A stretch of DNA of 64,000 nucleotides, taken from contig OX597818.1 of NCBI GenBank assembly GCA_951406725.2, forward strand, positions 139,934,001 through 139,998,000. The letters run 5' to 3'. This stretch comes from Octopus vulgaris (taxonomy: Eukaryota). The notes under the pieces were generated by a model, which was given only the letters and a program-made list of their open reading frames with translations, had not been told where the DNA came from and did not search any database. Of this stretch, positions 25,001 through 39,946 are shown piece after piece (position 1 is the stretch's first letter; each line of letters begins with the position of its first letter). Made by a program: the position numbers and the translations under genes.

Positions 25001-26396
25001 AGTTGACATTGGCATCTAGTTTCGTTTAGGATGTTGGTCAATGGCTTCAATCGCAGACAGAACAGGTGTTGTGAGAGGGAAGAGAGGTAAATGATTACAT
25101 CAAGTACCCCGCGCTTAACTGGCACATTATTCTATCATCACGGGAAGGATGTGAATAAAATTGACCCAGGCAGAATTTAACTCAAAATGAAAAGAGTCAG
25201 AATATTACCCCCACACAAGACATTTCTTTCGGAGATCTAACAATTACACCATAAATGATTCTACTAAAGCAAAATTACGAAAGTTAAATGGAAAATTTGA
25301 AGAACTATTGCGATAAAATGTTTCTTTTGTTGCATAAATAATTTTTAATTGATATGCAGTCTTTCGTTTGAAATAACGTTTTATTATTTCTATGACTCTC
25401 TCTCTCTTTGTCTTACTCTCTCCCCACTATCTCTCTCGGTGTCGATCCCTGTCTGTCTGTCTGTCTGTGTGTCTTTCTCTCTGTCTCTCTCTCCCCTCTC
25501 TCTCTCTTTGCTATCATTTTTATTTTTACTTTGTCGCAACCAAAGTTTAATTTCCCTCGTGTTTCTTTTGCATTTTCCTTTGTTGTGTTTCCGTTTCTGA
25601 TGAAAGAAAAATCTAGACTGATCAATGATTAAACAGAAAGTACGTAGCAACTATGCCACGTACTTAAATGACACTAACGCACAGTGAGAGGAACATAAAG
25701 AAATCAATTGATAGATTCATAGATTAAATGCATAGATTTAGAGATGAACATCTAGACAAACATATAAATAGCTTGCTACGTAGATAACGAGATAAACTGA
25801 TATAAAGCTCGATAGATCAACAGACAGATTGACATGTAAATATATTTATATATGTATGTATATATATATTTATATATGTATATATATATGCGCGCGCGTG
25901 TATGTACAAATATTTATACATACGTATATATACCTATATTTATGCATACACAAAGGCGCATACATGTACATATCTTGGCATTACATAGAAGTTAAACGGG
26001 TCTTTGAAATTATTCACTTCCTCCCCCATAAATCATTATGAGTAATGCCTACATTTTCAAATTCTGATGTTGAAACGATTTGTTTTCAATTGTTACTCGA
26101 TAAAATCTTCTTCACAGAATCTGCACAAATACAGCGGTGACAGTCCCTGACGAAGAAGTCCTTGGCAGACTCTAATCTTACACGTGGTTGTCCATTCTTC
26201 ATCGTGCTACCTTCCAACAATATTTGCTACCCCGCATGCACCATTCTGATTCCGACCCTCCTTTTCCGCATGTACCCCTCCGAATTCGGACGTTATTACT
26301 TGTTATCTTCCCAATACTCAGTAACATCTCATTGTCTTATTCATCGAAATAGACAGTCCTTTCTAAGGTGCAACTCTTGAATAATTTTTTCTGCCT

Positions 26397-27225
26397 TTAA
26401 CCCTCTAGCGCGGAGTATAGGCCACTTATAATTGAATTCCATGTCGCATAATTTTTCGCTTCTGTACTTATACTCTGCCATGAATGTCTCCTTTTCTCTA
26501 GTTCCTTTTGTGTTGACCTACGCCACGAGTTCTTAGGCCTACATTTCTTTCTATATCCATCCGGATTCCACTGTAAAGCACTTTTCACTACATTTACTGT
26601 GTCTTTTCTAATTGTGCTACCAATCCACTTCCACTTTTTCTGAAATATTTGCTCCCTAATCGAAACTTGATATGTTCTTTGCCATAGCTCCATATTGTTC
26701 AGGCCATCTAATTTTAAGTACACTACGCAAGCATCTGTTGATGAATGATTGTAGTTGCTTATTTGACTTAACTGTTGTTCACCATGTCTCAGCCCTATAC
26801 AATAACACCGCTTTTACGTAAGCGTTAAAAATTCTCATTTTGTTCTTTATTGAAATTACACTTGCGCTCCATCCGTTTTTTAACAAGTGAAAAGCAGTCC
26901 TTGCCTTACTTACTCTCCTCTTAATATCTTCGTCGGTGCCGCCTGGAAACCTTATCTTACTACCTAAATACGTAAACTCGGCTACATCCTCTAGTTCACC
27001 GGTTTCTACTTTAATACGTTCGCTGTTGTCTTCATTAATACACATAATTTTTGATTCGTCGCGGTTGACTTTCAATCCTAGTTTGGCAGCCATTGCTTCT
27101 AATTTTCACGTTTTATTTTGCATTTGGTTATATGTTTGTGAAAGCAGCGCTATATCATTTGCAAAGTCGAAATCTTCTAGAACTTCTGCATCCGTCAATC
27201 CAATGCCTGCTTGGCTTTCTTGAAT
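26397..27225 (-). mobile_element. RTE-clade LINE, RT C-terminal half, 5'-truncated pseudogene
   Basis: LEDFDFANDIALLS...GLKVN..SKIM...EDVAEFTYLGS...GGTDEDIKRRVSKARTAF...VKAVLLYRAETW...KWKWIG...ALQWNPDGYRKKCRPKNSWRR, with stops and frameshifts. Confidence 0.92.
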
Positions 27226-27794
27226 AATGGCCATGTATAAAATCAAACATAGGATCTGTTTGCGTATTCATGGACTCGGTTACAAATTTACATGACTTGA
27301 CGATTGGAATAGATATTTTTCAACCATCGCATAGATAATTATGGCTTTTCAATCTGCCAATACCTTACTAGTTGTACGGATCTCAATTCTAAAGTCAGGC
27401 TCATTCTCATTTAAAATACGTATTTGACGTTTGTATGTTCAAGAAACACAATTATGAATTAGTGAAGAGTGCGCAACGTTCTGATATATAACGACTTTTA
27501 GAAACAGTTCTCAAATGTATTATACAACACGAACTCTAAGATTCTCTGGGTGGATGATATCATCGGTAGACTGAATTGCTGTCAGGCGAAACCTAAAGAA
27601 CTATTTAACAGGGTTTTCGTAAAATATCTGGCTCTTCTCTAGCTATTTAGGGCCACCCGAACAGTAAAAATTTTGTTTTTTCTCAAAATGGCTTCAAAAT
27701 TTTAACATCAACTCAGCTCAAAAGACCACGCACGTCCGCATTTGCGCGCACATATTTACAAGTATATAAATGCATATGCAACTAAATGCATATA

Positions 27795-28255
<461 letters not shown>

Positions 28256-28257
28256 TG

Positions 28258-28350
28258 TATTTTTTTTTTTTTTACTTGTTTCAGTCATTTGACTGCGGCC
28301 ATGCTGGTGCACCGCCTTTAGTCGAGCAACTCGACCCCGGGACTTATTCT
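28258..28350 (-). mobile_element. SINE group A 3' fragment
   Basis: tacttgtttcagtcatttgactgcggccatgctgg..caccgccttta. Confidence 0.85.
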
Positions 28351-28359
28351 ATATATATT

Positions 28360-28423
<64 letters not shown>

Positions 28424-28556
28424 CATGCATACATACATGCAAATATATATATATATATATACACACACATATACAAGCACACTTATGTGTGTGTGTGTTT
28501 ATGTATATATGCATATAAGGACTCGATACAATGAACAATAGAATACACACCAATAT

Positions 28557-28602
<46 letters not shown>

Positions 28603-29149
28603 TGCATACATATATACATATATATATACATGCATACATACATATTCAAATAGCGGTGCTCTGTGTGTATAGAAGTATATTTTGTAATTGTACGTCCAAC
28701 TAGGTTTGATTTTCAGGTTTATCAATATCGCTTCATTAACGTCACTGAAATTTATGAATATAAAAATTCTTAAATGCCCCAAACTGTGAAATACAAGTAT
28801 GCAGTAGTTGAAACAGTATGGCGGTCAATTCTTGCCTACCGTTCGTTTAATAGTTACAATAGAATTAGTAAACTATTGTTCTATATCCCTGATTAACTAT
28901 ATTCATGCGTTTCAATATTCAACTCCATTTATTTCGGCGGTATTCGAACTTAATAATTAAATATTAAATAGTAGATAATTAGAAGTCTTGATGAAGAAGA
29001 GAATGGTGATGTTAATGATTATTGTTTAGCCGCGGGTCAGCCCTGATGGCAGAGACCTATGATCAAATGATCAAAAGGAAATTTTCTGTGTTCCCTTCCG
29101 CCTTCGTTGCTTTCGTCGCTTTGTTGTTGATGTTGTTGTTATTGTTGTT

Positions 29150-29366
29150 GTTTCTTCTTCTTCTTCTTCTTCTTCTTCTTCTTCTTCTTCTTCTTCTTCT
29201 TCGTCTTCTTCTTCTTCTTCTTCTTCCTTCTCCTCCTACTCTCCCCTCTTTCCTTCTCCGTCTTATTTCCTACTTTTCTTCCTTCCTACTCCTCTCCTTC
29301 TCCTCCTCTCTTTCTTTCCTACTCTTCCTCTCCTCCCTCTCCTTCTCCTTCTCCTCGTCTTCGTCG

Positions 29367-29401
<35 letters not shown>

Positions 29402-30185
29402 CTTCTTCTTCTTCTTCTTCTTCTTCTTCTTTTTCTTCTTCTTCTTCTTCTTCCTTCTTCTTCTTCATTCTCCTCCTACTCTCCCCTCTTTCCTTCTCCG
29501 TCTTATTTCATACTTTTCTTCCTTCCTACTCCTCTCCTTCTCCTCCACTCTTTCTTTCCTACACTTCCTCCCCTCCCTTCTCCTCCTCCTCCTCCTCGTC
29601 TTCGTCGTCGTCGTCGTTCTTGTTGTTGTTGTTGTTGTTCTTCTTCTTCTTCTTCTTCTTCTTCTTCTTCTTCCTTCTTCTTCTTCATTCTCCTCCTACT
29701 CTCTCCTCTTTCCTTCTCCGTCTTATTTCATACTTTTCTTCCTTCCTACTCCTCTCCTTCTCCTCCACTCTTTCTTTCCTACACTTCCTCCCCTCCCTTC
29801 TCCTCCTCCTCCTCCTCCTCCTCGTCTTCGTCGTCGTCGTCGTTGTTGTTGTTGTTGTTGTTGTTCTTCTTCTTCTTCTTCTTCTTCTTCTTCTTCTTCT
29901 TCTTCATTCTCCTCCTACTCTCCCCTCTTTCCTTCTCCGTCTTATTTCATACTTTTCTTCCTTCCTACTCCTCTCCTTCTCCTCCACTCTTTCTTTCCTA
30001 CACTTCCTCCTCCCTTCTCCTCCTCCTCCTCCTCCTCCTCGTCTTCGTCGTCGTCGTCGTTGTTGTTGTTGTTGTTGTTCTTCTTCTTCTTCGTCTTCTT
30101 CTTCTTCTTCTTCCTTCTTCTTCTTCTTTTTCTTCTTCTTCTTCTTCTTATTCTTATTCTTCTTCTTCTTCTTCTTCTTCTTTTT

Positions 30186-30216
<31 letters not shown>

Positions 30217-30262
30217 TTCTTCTTCTTCTTCTTTCTTCTTCTAGTTCTTTTTCTTCTTCCTT
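29150..30262. repeat. Polypyrimidine higher-order tandem repeat: four ~220-240-bp units, each a CT-rich block plus (CTC)(GTC)(GTT)(CTT) microsatellites
   Basis: The block tctcctcctactctcccctctttccttctccgtcttatttc recurs at ~29229, 29469, 29689 and 29908. Confidence 0.92.
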
Positions 30263-31091
30263 TTAATAACTACATGTTCAACAATTCCTTTTCATTTTGA
30301 AAGTGTAGTGCATAACTCACGGCAAATTTGGCTGCTATTTCTAAGCCGTTCGAGTCATATCAGAGTGACTCCAAAGAATGATGCGTAGACATCGACGTAG
30401 ATGAATAGCGCAAAAGATAATCAACAGTGAAGTGTCAACATTTACTGGTCGAATCTCACCTGTTAATGAATGGCACACATTTAAAAGAAAGCCTTAATTT
30501 CAGTTTGCCTTTCACCTCTTCATTATGTAAGGTTCATAGTTGATTACTGAATTTTAGTGTAATTTCAGATCTGTTTCATTAATAGCTGCGAGCCTTTGTG
30601 GATTGATTCCTCCCTCTGTTCTAATTTAAAATACTCTGACCCCCAAACCGCAATTTCTCCTCATAATTCTTTTCCGCGTTTCATCCTGATCGCCATCACC
30701 ACTATCATTAATACAAGCAACATAACAATCATTATCGTCTTCTTCTTGTTCTTCTTCTTGTTCTTGTTGTTGTTGTTGTTCTTCTTCTTCTTCTTCTTCT
30801 TCTTCGTCTTCTTCTTCTTCGTCTTCTTCTTCTTCTTCTTTTCTTCTTCTTCTTCTTCTTCTTCTTCTTCTTCTTCTTCTTCTTCTCCTCCTCCTCCTTC
30901 TTCTTTTGTTCAGTACATGTTGGTTTTGTTTCACCGCCAGATACTATGTTCCCAGAAACATTAAAGCTAATGTGTATATCAATTAACTTCATACAACTAA
31001 TAGCCTTTATTGTAACACCTCGCTACTCATTATCACAGCCACCACCATTATAACTGAGACCCTCTTTGTCGTAAAGTCAGTTATCATGCAT

Positions 31092-31134
<43 letters not shown>

Positions 31135-31221
31135 CTGTCTTCCTTTTCTGGCACTTTTGTACTGCTATACTTAAGGAAGATAGATACAAAGATTATTTTA
31201 ATGGTCTTCTTCTTTCCCGCC

Positions 31222-31463
31222 CCTTTAAAAGCCTAGCCAGGTTCATGGGCCCGGTTTCCCGGTTTCTATGGCTCATGTGTACTCCAGGTTGATGGGACGC
31301 CAGTCCATCGCAGCGTTACTCATTTTTGCCAGCTGAGTGGACTGGAGCAACGTGAAATGAAGTGTTTTGCTCAAGAACACAACGCGTTGCCCGGTCCAGG
31401 AATCGAAACCACAATCTAACGATCATGCTGCTGACGCCCTAACCACTAAGCCGCGCGCTTCCA
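31222..31463 (-). mobile_element. tRNA-derived CORE-type SINE (group C, tail variant 1)
   Basis: Reverse strand shows a gcgcggcttagtggttagggcg..ggtttcgattcc head and a gtgttcttgagcaaaacacttcatttcacgttgctccagtccactcagctggc core. Confidence 0.85.
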
Positions 31464-32794
31464 CCTTTATAATCTTACAGTATATATTTTATAATAAACC
31501 ACTAGTGTATTTTAAGTGTAGATTTATATTTTCTTTTCCTAACTAGACCTGCTAATTCCTTAAACTTCTTGTTGAGAATATAACAATTTCTTATTACTAG
31601 AACAATTACATATTTATGCCTCTTACCTCAGGAGTTTCCGTTTATATTTTGTTTTAAGTGTTAATACAATATTCTAATACCAATCATTCTTCATGATTTC
31701 TTTTATTTATGCATGCTGTAGACTAGTTTATTTCTAAATATTTGTAAATATATAACTGTAGTTATTAAACTTTTTCCCGGTGCTATTCTTGTACTTTTAT
31801 CTGACATTAAATTGGTAATATATCTTTATCCAGGACTTAGCTGGTAAATTGCTTAAAACTGAACTTCAATTTATCAAATAAGTCCATAGACTATCAGTTG
31901 TAGTGTTTCCAGTTATTTATCCTCCGTTGCGTAGAGCACGGGATAATACGCAATACAAACGATGGTCCGTTGCCCATCCATACCGTTTGTATCAGAGTTT
32001 TATCTGCTTCAAGATGCTGGTTAAAAGTTTTAGCATCAAGTAAGGTAGAGGTCGGAACAAGGAGTTATCTTGCACGAATCATATTCCAGTATGAATAAAA
32101 TTCGCTTGTTTGTACATGAAGCCTACAGTATATTTTTTTGTATATATTTACGAGATATACCTACTTATTAATGGTGCTAATGTACACATTCTAAATATTT
32201 TCAGAGCCCATTGATAGGAACATTTTACATCCCAATTAATTTCATTTCTAGATTATATTTTATTTTGAAGTTAATATTAAAATATTCAAAGCCGTAGTTC
32301 GATGCATACTATGATTTCAGAAAAATCTCATTTGCTGCAATTATGTAATTAAACAAGAAAGGATTACCACTTGTAGCTCACATAAATTCCAGTTTTCTTG
32401 ATATAATGTGAGTTACAAGTGAGTTGTAGCCAGTTTTCTGGTTATCTTATTGTGACGATGCATTTACAAGCATGGTGATGTTGTTAGCTAATGATATTGG
32501 GAAATACTCTGGTACTCTGCATTAAAAATGCACATAAATGGTGAAAGGATTACTAAATCGATTCGACTCTTTTTTTGCCACGATAATAATGTATCATCAG
32601 ACTTATAGGATAACCTTCAAATATCATAAGCAAACACATAAACAGAAAAGATAAGATTCGCAAACCAAGAAAGCGCAAGGAATTTGAAATGGAAAGAGGT
32701 GGATGTGGTGTGCGAAAATATAAATGTAACACCATTGACGATTGTGAGTGATAAAAATGTATCAAAATAATAAAGAGTATATCTAAAGCATATA

Positions 32795-33174
32795 GGAGCA
32801 CTCCGTCGGTTACGACGTTGAGGGTCCCAGCTGATACGATCAACGGAACAGCCTGCTCGTGGAATTAACGTGCAAGTGGCTGAGCACTCCACAGACACGT
32901 GTACCCTTAACGTATATCTCGAGGAGATTCAGCGTGACACAGAGAGTGACAAGGCTGGCCATTTGAAATACAGGTACAACAGAAACAGGAAGAAAGAGTG
33001 AGAGAAAGTTGTGGTGAAAGAGTACAGCAGGGTTCACCCCCCCCCCTGCAGGGACCTCGTGAAGCTTTAGGTGTTTTCGCTCAATAAACACTCACAATGC
33101 CCGGTCTGGGAATCGAAACCGCGATCCTACGACCGCGAGTCCGCTGCCCTAACCACTGGGTCATTGCGCCTCCA
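32795..33174 (-). mobile_element. tRNA-derived SINE (group C relative) with 14-bp TSD
   Basis: Head ggaggcgcaatgacccagtggttagggcagcgg...ggtttcgattccc and tail acgtcgtaaccgacggagtgc. TSD atatctaaagcata at 32779 and 33176. Confidence 0.9.
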
Positions 33175-33544
33175 CATATCTAAAGCATACTAATAGGCTT
33201 ACAATGAAGACGAGGTTGCCTTACTTGGAAAAGCATTATTCTAATACTCGTGCATGTTACTGGAAATTAAAATATCCAAACATCACTGGAAGCATTTTCG
33301 GTAGCCATCTGCTAATACTTCGGAAGTACTTAAAAACCACCGAATCGCAGGAAGAAAACAAAACCAAGAAATAAGAACAATAAACCTTGCAAACATAGCA
33401 ATTAGATGCAATACAAATATCTCCATACCTGCCTTCAATCAATGCTGCGTACACGTCGGGCACACAGGAATACTCATGATGATTCGGTATAAAGCCCGCT
33501 TCAAAATATTAACAAACACAACAGTAATAAAGATCAATAACAAT

Positions 33545-34395
<851 letters not shown>

Positions 34396-34869
34396 ACCCT
34401 CTTCTAACTGTCGAAATTGTGCTTGTTAACATTACAGCTGTCACCTGCTGATATCATTCTCATTGTCATGATATCCAATTAAGAAGCAATAACCGATGAC
34501 ACAGCTGTCACATTTCTGTCAAAATAATTTTAATGAATGTATTAAGTGTGATAATAGAAATATCAGTTTATCATTTTATACATGCTTGTCTTATAATATC
34601 CTATTGCTGTTGATTTTAGTTGTCTTTATATACTTATTTCCTTTTCTCAAATATGAAGAGAGTTCAATCCCTCGTCTTCTCTCGTTGATGAGGAAAGTAC
34701 ATGGGTAACTGTCATTTCTCTTATATCTCACAAGCGAAGTCGTGTAACCGAAGGGTTAACGTGTTAGGCCAGCGAGAATAATGTCGTGGACTGAAGCACT
34801 GAGTAGCGTAGAGTCCAAAAACGACTTTTCATTTCATACTACTTTCCGTCCACGCAATTGTAAAATACT

Positions 34870-35056
34870 TATTTCTTTACTACCCACAAGGGGCTAAACA
34901 CAGAGAGGACAAACAAGGACAGATACACGGATTAAGTCGATTATATCGATCCCAGTGCTCAACTGGTACTTATTTAATTGACCCCGAAAGGATGAAAGGT
35001 AAAGTCAACCTCGGCGGGATTTGAACTCAGAACGTAACGGCAGACAAAATACGGCT
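34870..35056 (-). mobile_element. SINE group B, 5'-truncated, with 18-bp TSD
   Basis: TSD acgcaattgtaaaatact at 34852-34869 and 35057-35074. Confidence 0.9.
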
Positions 35057-35349
35057 ACGCAATTGTAAAATACTACCTGTCCATTGTATCATGAACGTGC
35101 AACTAGATCAATGTGGAAGGTATCGAGAGGGATCTATGCCTGGCCACAACTATACAGGTTCCTAAAACAATTAGCAGAACATGGCAGGTATTGTCAAATC
35201 ACATGCACACGTTAGCAGTACTTGGCGATATTTGTATTTCCTATCAATCAAGGATATGTCGAATTGCACGGGAGACATGTTTTCATTTATAGACTTCCGA
35301 CATGTATATGGTATTCGTAGGTTTATTGAAACCTCATACATCCTGTATC

Positions 35350-35724
35350 TTTTATCTTTTACTAGTTTCAGTCTTTTGACTGCGACCATATTTGGGCACT
35401 GCCTTGAAGAGATTTCAGTCGAACGAATCGACTCCTGTACCTTTTATAAGTTTGGCACTTATTGAATTGGGTTTATTTGCCAAACCTACGGAGACCTAAA
35501 CAAATCAATACTGGTTGTCAAGCGGTTGCGGGCGATAAACACTGACACACAGACACAAGCGCACACGCACACACACAAACACACGTGCGCGCACACCACA
35601 TATATGCACAAACACCACACACATGATGGGCTTTCAGTCCCCGTCTACAAAATCCACACTCAGTGGGACTGAACCCTAAACCATGTGGTTGAGAAGTAAG
35701 CTTCAACCACACACCCTACGCCTA
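35350..35724 (-). mobile_element. SINE group A, diverged
   Basis: Colinear with other group A copies, with deletions. Confidence 0.75.
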
Positions 35725-36145
35725 TATAACTCTTTTATTCTTAGTAACACCATTTGTGACTTCAGAATAAAAATGTATCTGTAAATATTAAGTACAAGGT
35801 ACTTGTGTACATACATGGGAGCAATATGCTATATTAATAGCGCCAATATGAATAGATCTGGAATTTGAGAACTGACACCCTGTCTTATATCTGTGTGTGT
35901 ATATATATATATATATAAATTTAACAATTAAGGATAAAATCTTAATAAGAAATCTTAACAAGAAATTATCAGGTGTTAGCGTGAAAAATCTCATAAGAGA
36001 AAAAATCTGAAAATTTTTTCACTTGAAAATTCTTTTTCTAAATGTCTTGCTTCGAGAGCTGTACGATTCGTTTATTTTTGGTAGTAATGACTTTGTAAGT
36101 CCCTCCTAGCGTGTGGCATTTATGTGTAATAATGCCCTCTATATA

Positions 36146-36210
<65 letters not shown>

Positions 36211-36214
<4 letters not shown>

Positions 36215-36392
36215 ATCCAAACAAGAAAACACAAAAAACACAACAATGCGAGGACGTGGAACAAATATAGTATTATTGGACGCTCAGGAAAGAAGGAAAG
36301 AAGGAGGGTTTAACGTTTTGAGGGGAGCTCTTCGTCGGAAATATAGGAGAAGGAAAGATCCAGAGAAGGGAAGACAGAGGAAAAAAATCGCC
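36211..36392 (-). mobile_element. Second copy of the CCGACGA-motif PLE-LTR-like repeat; 3' end abuts (TA)n
   Basis: Reverse complement of 3652-3793. GAAA is mutated to AAAA in this copy. Confidence 0.7.
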
Positions 36393-36623
36393 ATATATAT
36401 GTGCGTGTGTGTGTGTGTGTGTGTGCGTGTTTGCATGTATACACACACACACACATACACACACACATATATATGTATATAAATATTGTATTGTCCTGTG
36501 ATAGACACATATATACACATATATATATTGTACTGTTCTGTGAGAGACAGATGAACAGAAAAAGTATTCCATCTCGAGAGAGATAAATATCATTTAATTC
36601 AAGGACTTAATACATGTCTTTAA

Positions 36624-36678
36624 GTGTTACAAATAGTTTCATATGCTGAGAAATATCTCAAACATATTCATCAGGCAC
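36624..36678 (-). ncRNA. Type I hammerhead ribozyme motif with intact core
   Basis: Minus strand: gtgc-CTGATGA-ATATG tt TGAGA tatt TCTCA g CATAT-GAAAC-tattt-GTA-acac. Stem I has a mismatch at its first pair. Confidence 0.65.
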
Positions 36679-36767
36679 AAACCTGCACCTAGGAAATTGC
36701 TAATGATAATATATATAAATATATGTGTGCGTGTGTGTGTGTGTGTGTGTGTATGTGTGTATATATA

Positions 36768-37220
36768 GAAACAGATATATACTATAAGCCCACGGACTCC
36801 AAGCCATATCTACCGTTCAACTCATGCCACCCCAGACACATGAAAATGAATATCTTCTTCAACCTAGCAAAAATGGTATGTACTATAGTTTCTAATGCAA
36901 GCTCCAGGGACACACGACTACATGAACTAAAGGATACACTCATCACCAGGAACTACCAACCTTCACTAAATGACATATGCTTTCAACGAGCCCTACAACT
37001 CAGCATCCTCGAACTCAGATATCCCAAATTAAAGTAGGATTTACAACCAAAAGATCTATCATATATCTCCACATACAACCCTTTTAACAATGAAGCCTTC
37101 AACACCATCCTTCAAAACATTCCCCTGCTAAAAAGGGACTACAGAATGAACTTAATCCCCCAAGCACTCACCATCATAAAAAGCATGAGACAGCTCCAAT
37201 ATATAAAAAGTCTTCTAGTT
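36768..37220 (+). mobile_element. Penelope-like element RT thumb/linker fragment
   Basis: ETDIYYKPTDSKPYLPFNSCHPRHMKMNIFFNLAKMVCTIVSN...LHELKDTLITRNY...ISTYNP...RQLQYIKSLLV fits the PLE consensus TDIYRKPT..YL.F.S.HP.H.K..IP. Confidence 0.88.
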
Positions 37221-37995
37221 CCTTCTGTCCATCTCTCTTACTGCAGAGGAACAATGGTTAGTTTCTCTTAGTTTGAGTCCTACAGGTAGATAGATTTTTA
37301 AAACGTGTCCCAGAGACTCGATTCATTGATTCCTATAACTGTGGTCAACATTTGTCATTGAGTCTATGTTTATACATCCATGTCTTTTTCACCTGTACGT
37401 GTTTATAGGACCTATCTATGAGTGAAAGCAACTTCTAAAAATATTATCTCTCTTACACACACTCTCTCTCTCTCTCTCTCTCTCTTTGCTATATAATCTA
37501 ATATTTATATCAGTATATATATTATTTTGAGTATTGAATGTATACCTTCATCTCTAAATCGCAAGAAAAAACATCTTTTATGATTTTGCATTCTGTTAAT
37601 AAATGAAAGCAACACTCCATGATTATTTATTAATAACAAAGTTATAAATAATTCATTACATTGACGCGTAGGTATGGGAAATTGAGCGTATCAACACCTT
37701 CCTTTACGTCTAAATCATATGGCGAGGAAAAAAACCAGCGCCTGGCTATATGTCTGCCTACTACATAGACATACTTTTTCTTATGTGAGTCGTTTTCGCG
37801 TCACACAAATGGTTTCATATAAACGAATAAGGTATATTCCCACCCTTCTTCTCACTGATGAAGATACATGAGTAGTTTCTATATAATTTACGTTATTTCT
37901 CACTTTAGTTCTTATGTGTGTATAATGTATATATATTTATGGAATTTAACGCATATACACATAACAAACCCGCATATAATCATACATACACACGC

Positions 37996-38124
<129 letters not shown>

Positions 38125-38175
38125 GTGTGTGTGTGTGAATATATATGCGTATACGAATATATACATATATACACG

Positions 38176-38206
<31 letters not shown>

Positions 38207-38238
38207 CAATACACACACATATATACAAACATATATTT

Positions 38239-38339
<101 letters not shown>

Positions 38340-38539
38340 TATATGTATATATGCGTGTATAATTGGAAGTGATTACACATATATGTGGATAGATGTGTGT
38401 GTATGTGTGTGTGTGTGGTACAAAAGTAAAGAGCAGAATGGGAAAATAGTTTTCAGTTTCAAAGAGTTTGTGCTCTTCATTACCGGCACCACTTAACTGC
38501 TTATTCGAATTCCACGTTTCCCATCATTAGAAACGACAT

Positions 38540-38990
38540 GTATTGCGTAATCGATGATATCTTCTCATGAAGTGGATAATATCTCATGACGTGTGCTCGA
38601 GCTCAATGATATCTCGGTAAAAATGAACACCAGATGTTTGGAACCGAGTTAAAAGCTAAAGTGTTGAAAATTAGTGAAAGAGAAAGAATCGCAGACGCAG
38701 TATAACTCAGTAGTAAGAATACTGTCAAAAGCTGTTAAGATGGATCATTTAGGAAACCATAGAATTGCAGAGGAGAGAACAAAAAATGCATCGCAAAGGC
38801 CAATAGATGATTTGATTATGGATTTGTATAGCGGAATAAACAGTTTTGCCTTGTCCGGGGTAGTCATCTCTGAGGAGAACAAACCAGGTGGAAATATCCT
38901 GTCTGGCGATTCACTGGCTTTCTGAGCAAAGGCTTGTCTATTCAACAAGAAAGTCTGTTTGAGAAATTTCTCTGGGGCAAAATATTGAAG
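38540..38990 (+). mobile_element. Possible highly degenerate LINE RT fragment
   Basis: VIDDI-like motif followed by KAKVLKI and ..DHLGN.. at roughly RT-like spacing; weak. Confidence 0.3.
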
Positions 38991-39009
38991 CTAGTGCTAG
39001 ACTATTCTC

Positions 39010-39425
39010 TCTTTTTTACTCTTTTACTCTTTTGTTTCAGTCATTTGACTGCGGCCATGCTGGAGCACCGCCTTTAATCGAGCAAATCGACCCCGGGACT
39101 TATTCTTTCGTAAGCCCAGTACTTATTCTATCGGTCTCTTTTGCCGAACCGCTAAGTAACTGGGACATAAACACACCAGCATCGGTTGTCAAACAATGCT
39201 AGGGGGACAAACACAGACACACAAACACACACACGCATATATATATATATATATACATATATACGACGGGCTTCTTTCAGTTTCCATCTACCAAATCCAC
39301 TCACAAGGCTTTGGTCGGCCCGAGGCTATAGTTGAAGACACTTGCCCAAGGTGCCACGCAGTGGGCCTGAACCCGGAACCATGTGGTTGGTAAACAAGCT
39401 ACTTACCACACAGCCACTCCTGCGC
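39010..39425 (-). mobile_element. SINE group A, full length
   Basis: Reverse complement of 10616-11045. Confidence 0.92.
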
Positions 39426-39622
39426 TCTATATTTGTAAACATATAAATTTTATAGACGACGGTATGATAATAAACAATTTAATGAAAGTACGTCATGTAT
39501 CTTACTGAGATCGGTGGACCTGGTGTTCGCTAACAACACCATGACTATCAGGATGAAAATTTCTAAATTGCAGTTTTAGGTTACCAAGTTCCCCGATTCC
39601 AGATCTGTGTCTTTGTGTATAT

Positions 39623-39946
39623 AAAAGACCCCCTTCGGTCATGAATGACCATGGGATTGCACCTAGAAAGTTACCCTCCTAGACACAAGTCTGGGCAAGG
39701 TTGTTTTTATGGAAGGCCAGCAGTCGCCCATGCATACCAGCCTCCCCTCTCCACGCCACCAGTGTTATCCAAGGGAAAGACAAAGGTCGATACAGCTTGG
39801 CACCAGTGACGTCGCAACTCATTTCTACAGCTGAGTGAACTGGAGCAACGTGAAATAAAGTGCCTTGCTCAAGAACACAACACGCAGCCCGGTCCGGGAT
39901 TCGAGCTCACAACCTCACGATCGTAAGCTCGACGCTCTAACCACTG
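39623..39946 (-). mobile_element. CORE-type SINE (group C, tail variant 2)
   Basis: Same head and core as 31222-31463 but a different 3' half (..gggcgactgctggccttccataaa..aaccttgccc..catggtcattcatgacc). Flanked by tgtatataa. Confidence 0.85.

Noticed and set aside
26145-26180. ctgacga followed by a hairpin
   Set aside because: No GAAA after the stem, so not an HHR as it stands.
29022-30266. Longest ORF (414 aa, L/F/S/P rich)
   Set aside because: Stop-free polypyrimidine repeat with no domain or coding signal.
33095-33174. tRNA-like sequences with A/B boxes (also 10616, 31400, 63930)
   Set aside because: They are SINE heads continuous with SINE bodies and TSDs, not standalone tRNA genes.
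37855-37885. ctgatga downstream of the PLE RT fragment
   Set aside because: No GAAA or stem III.
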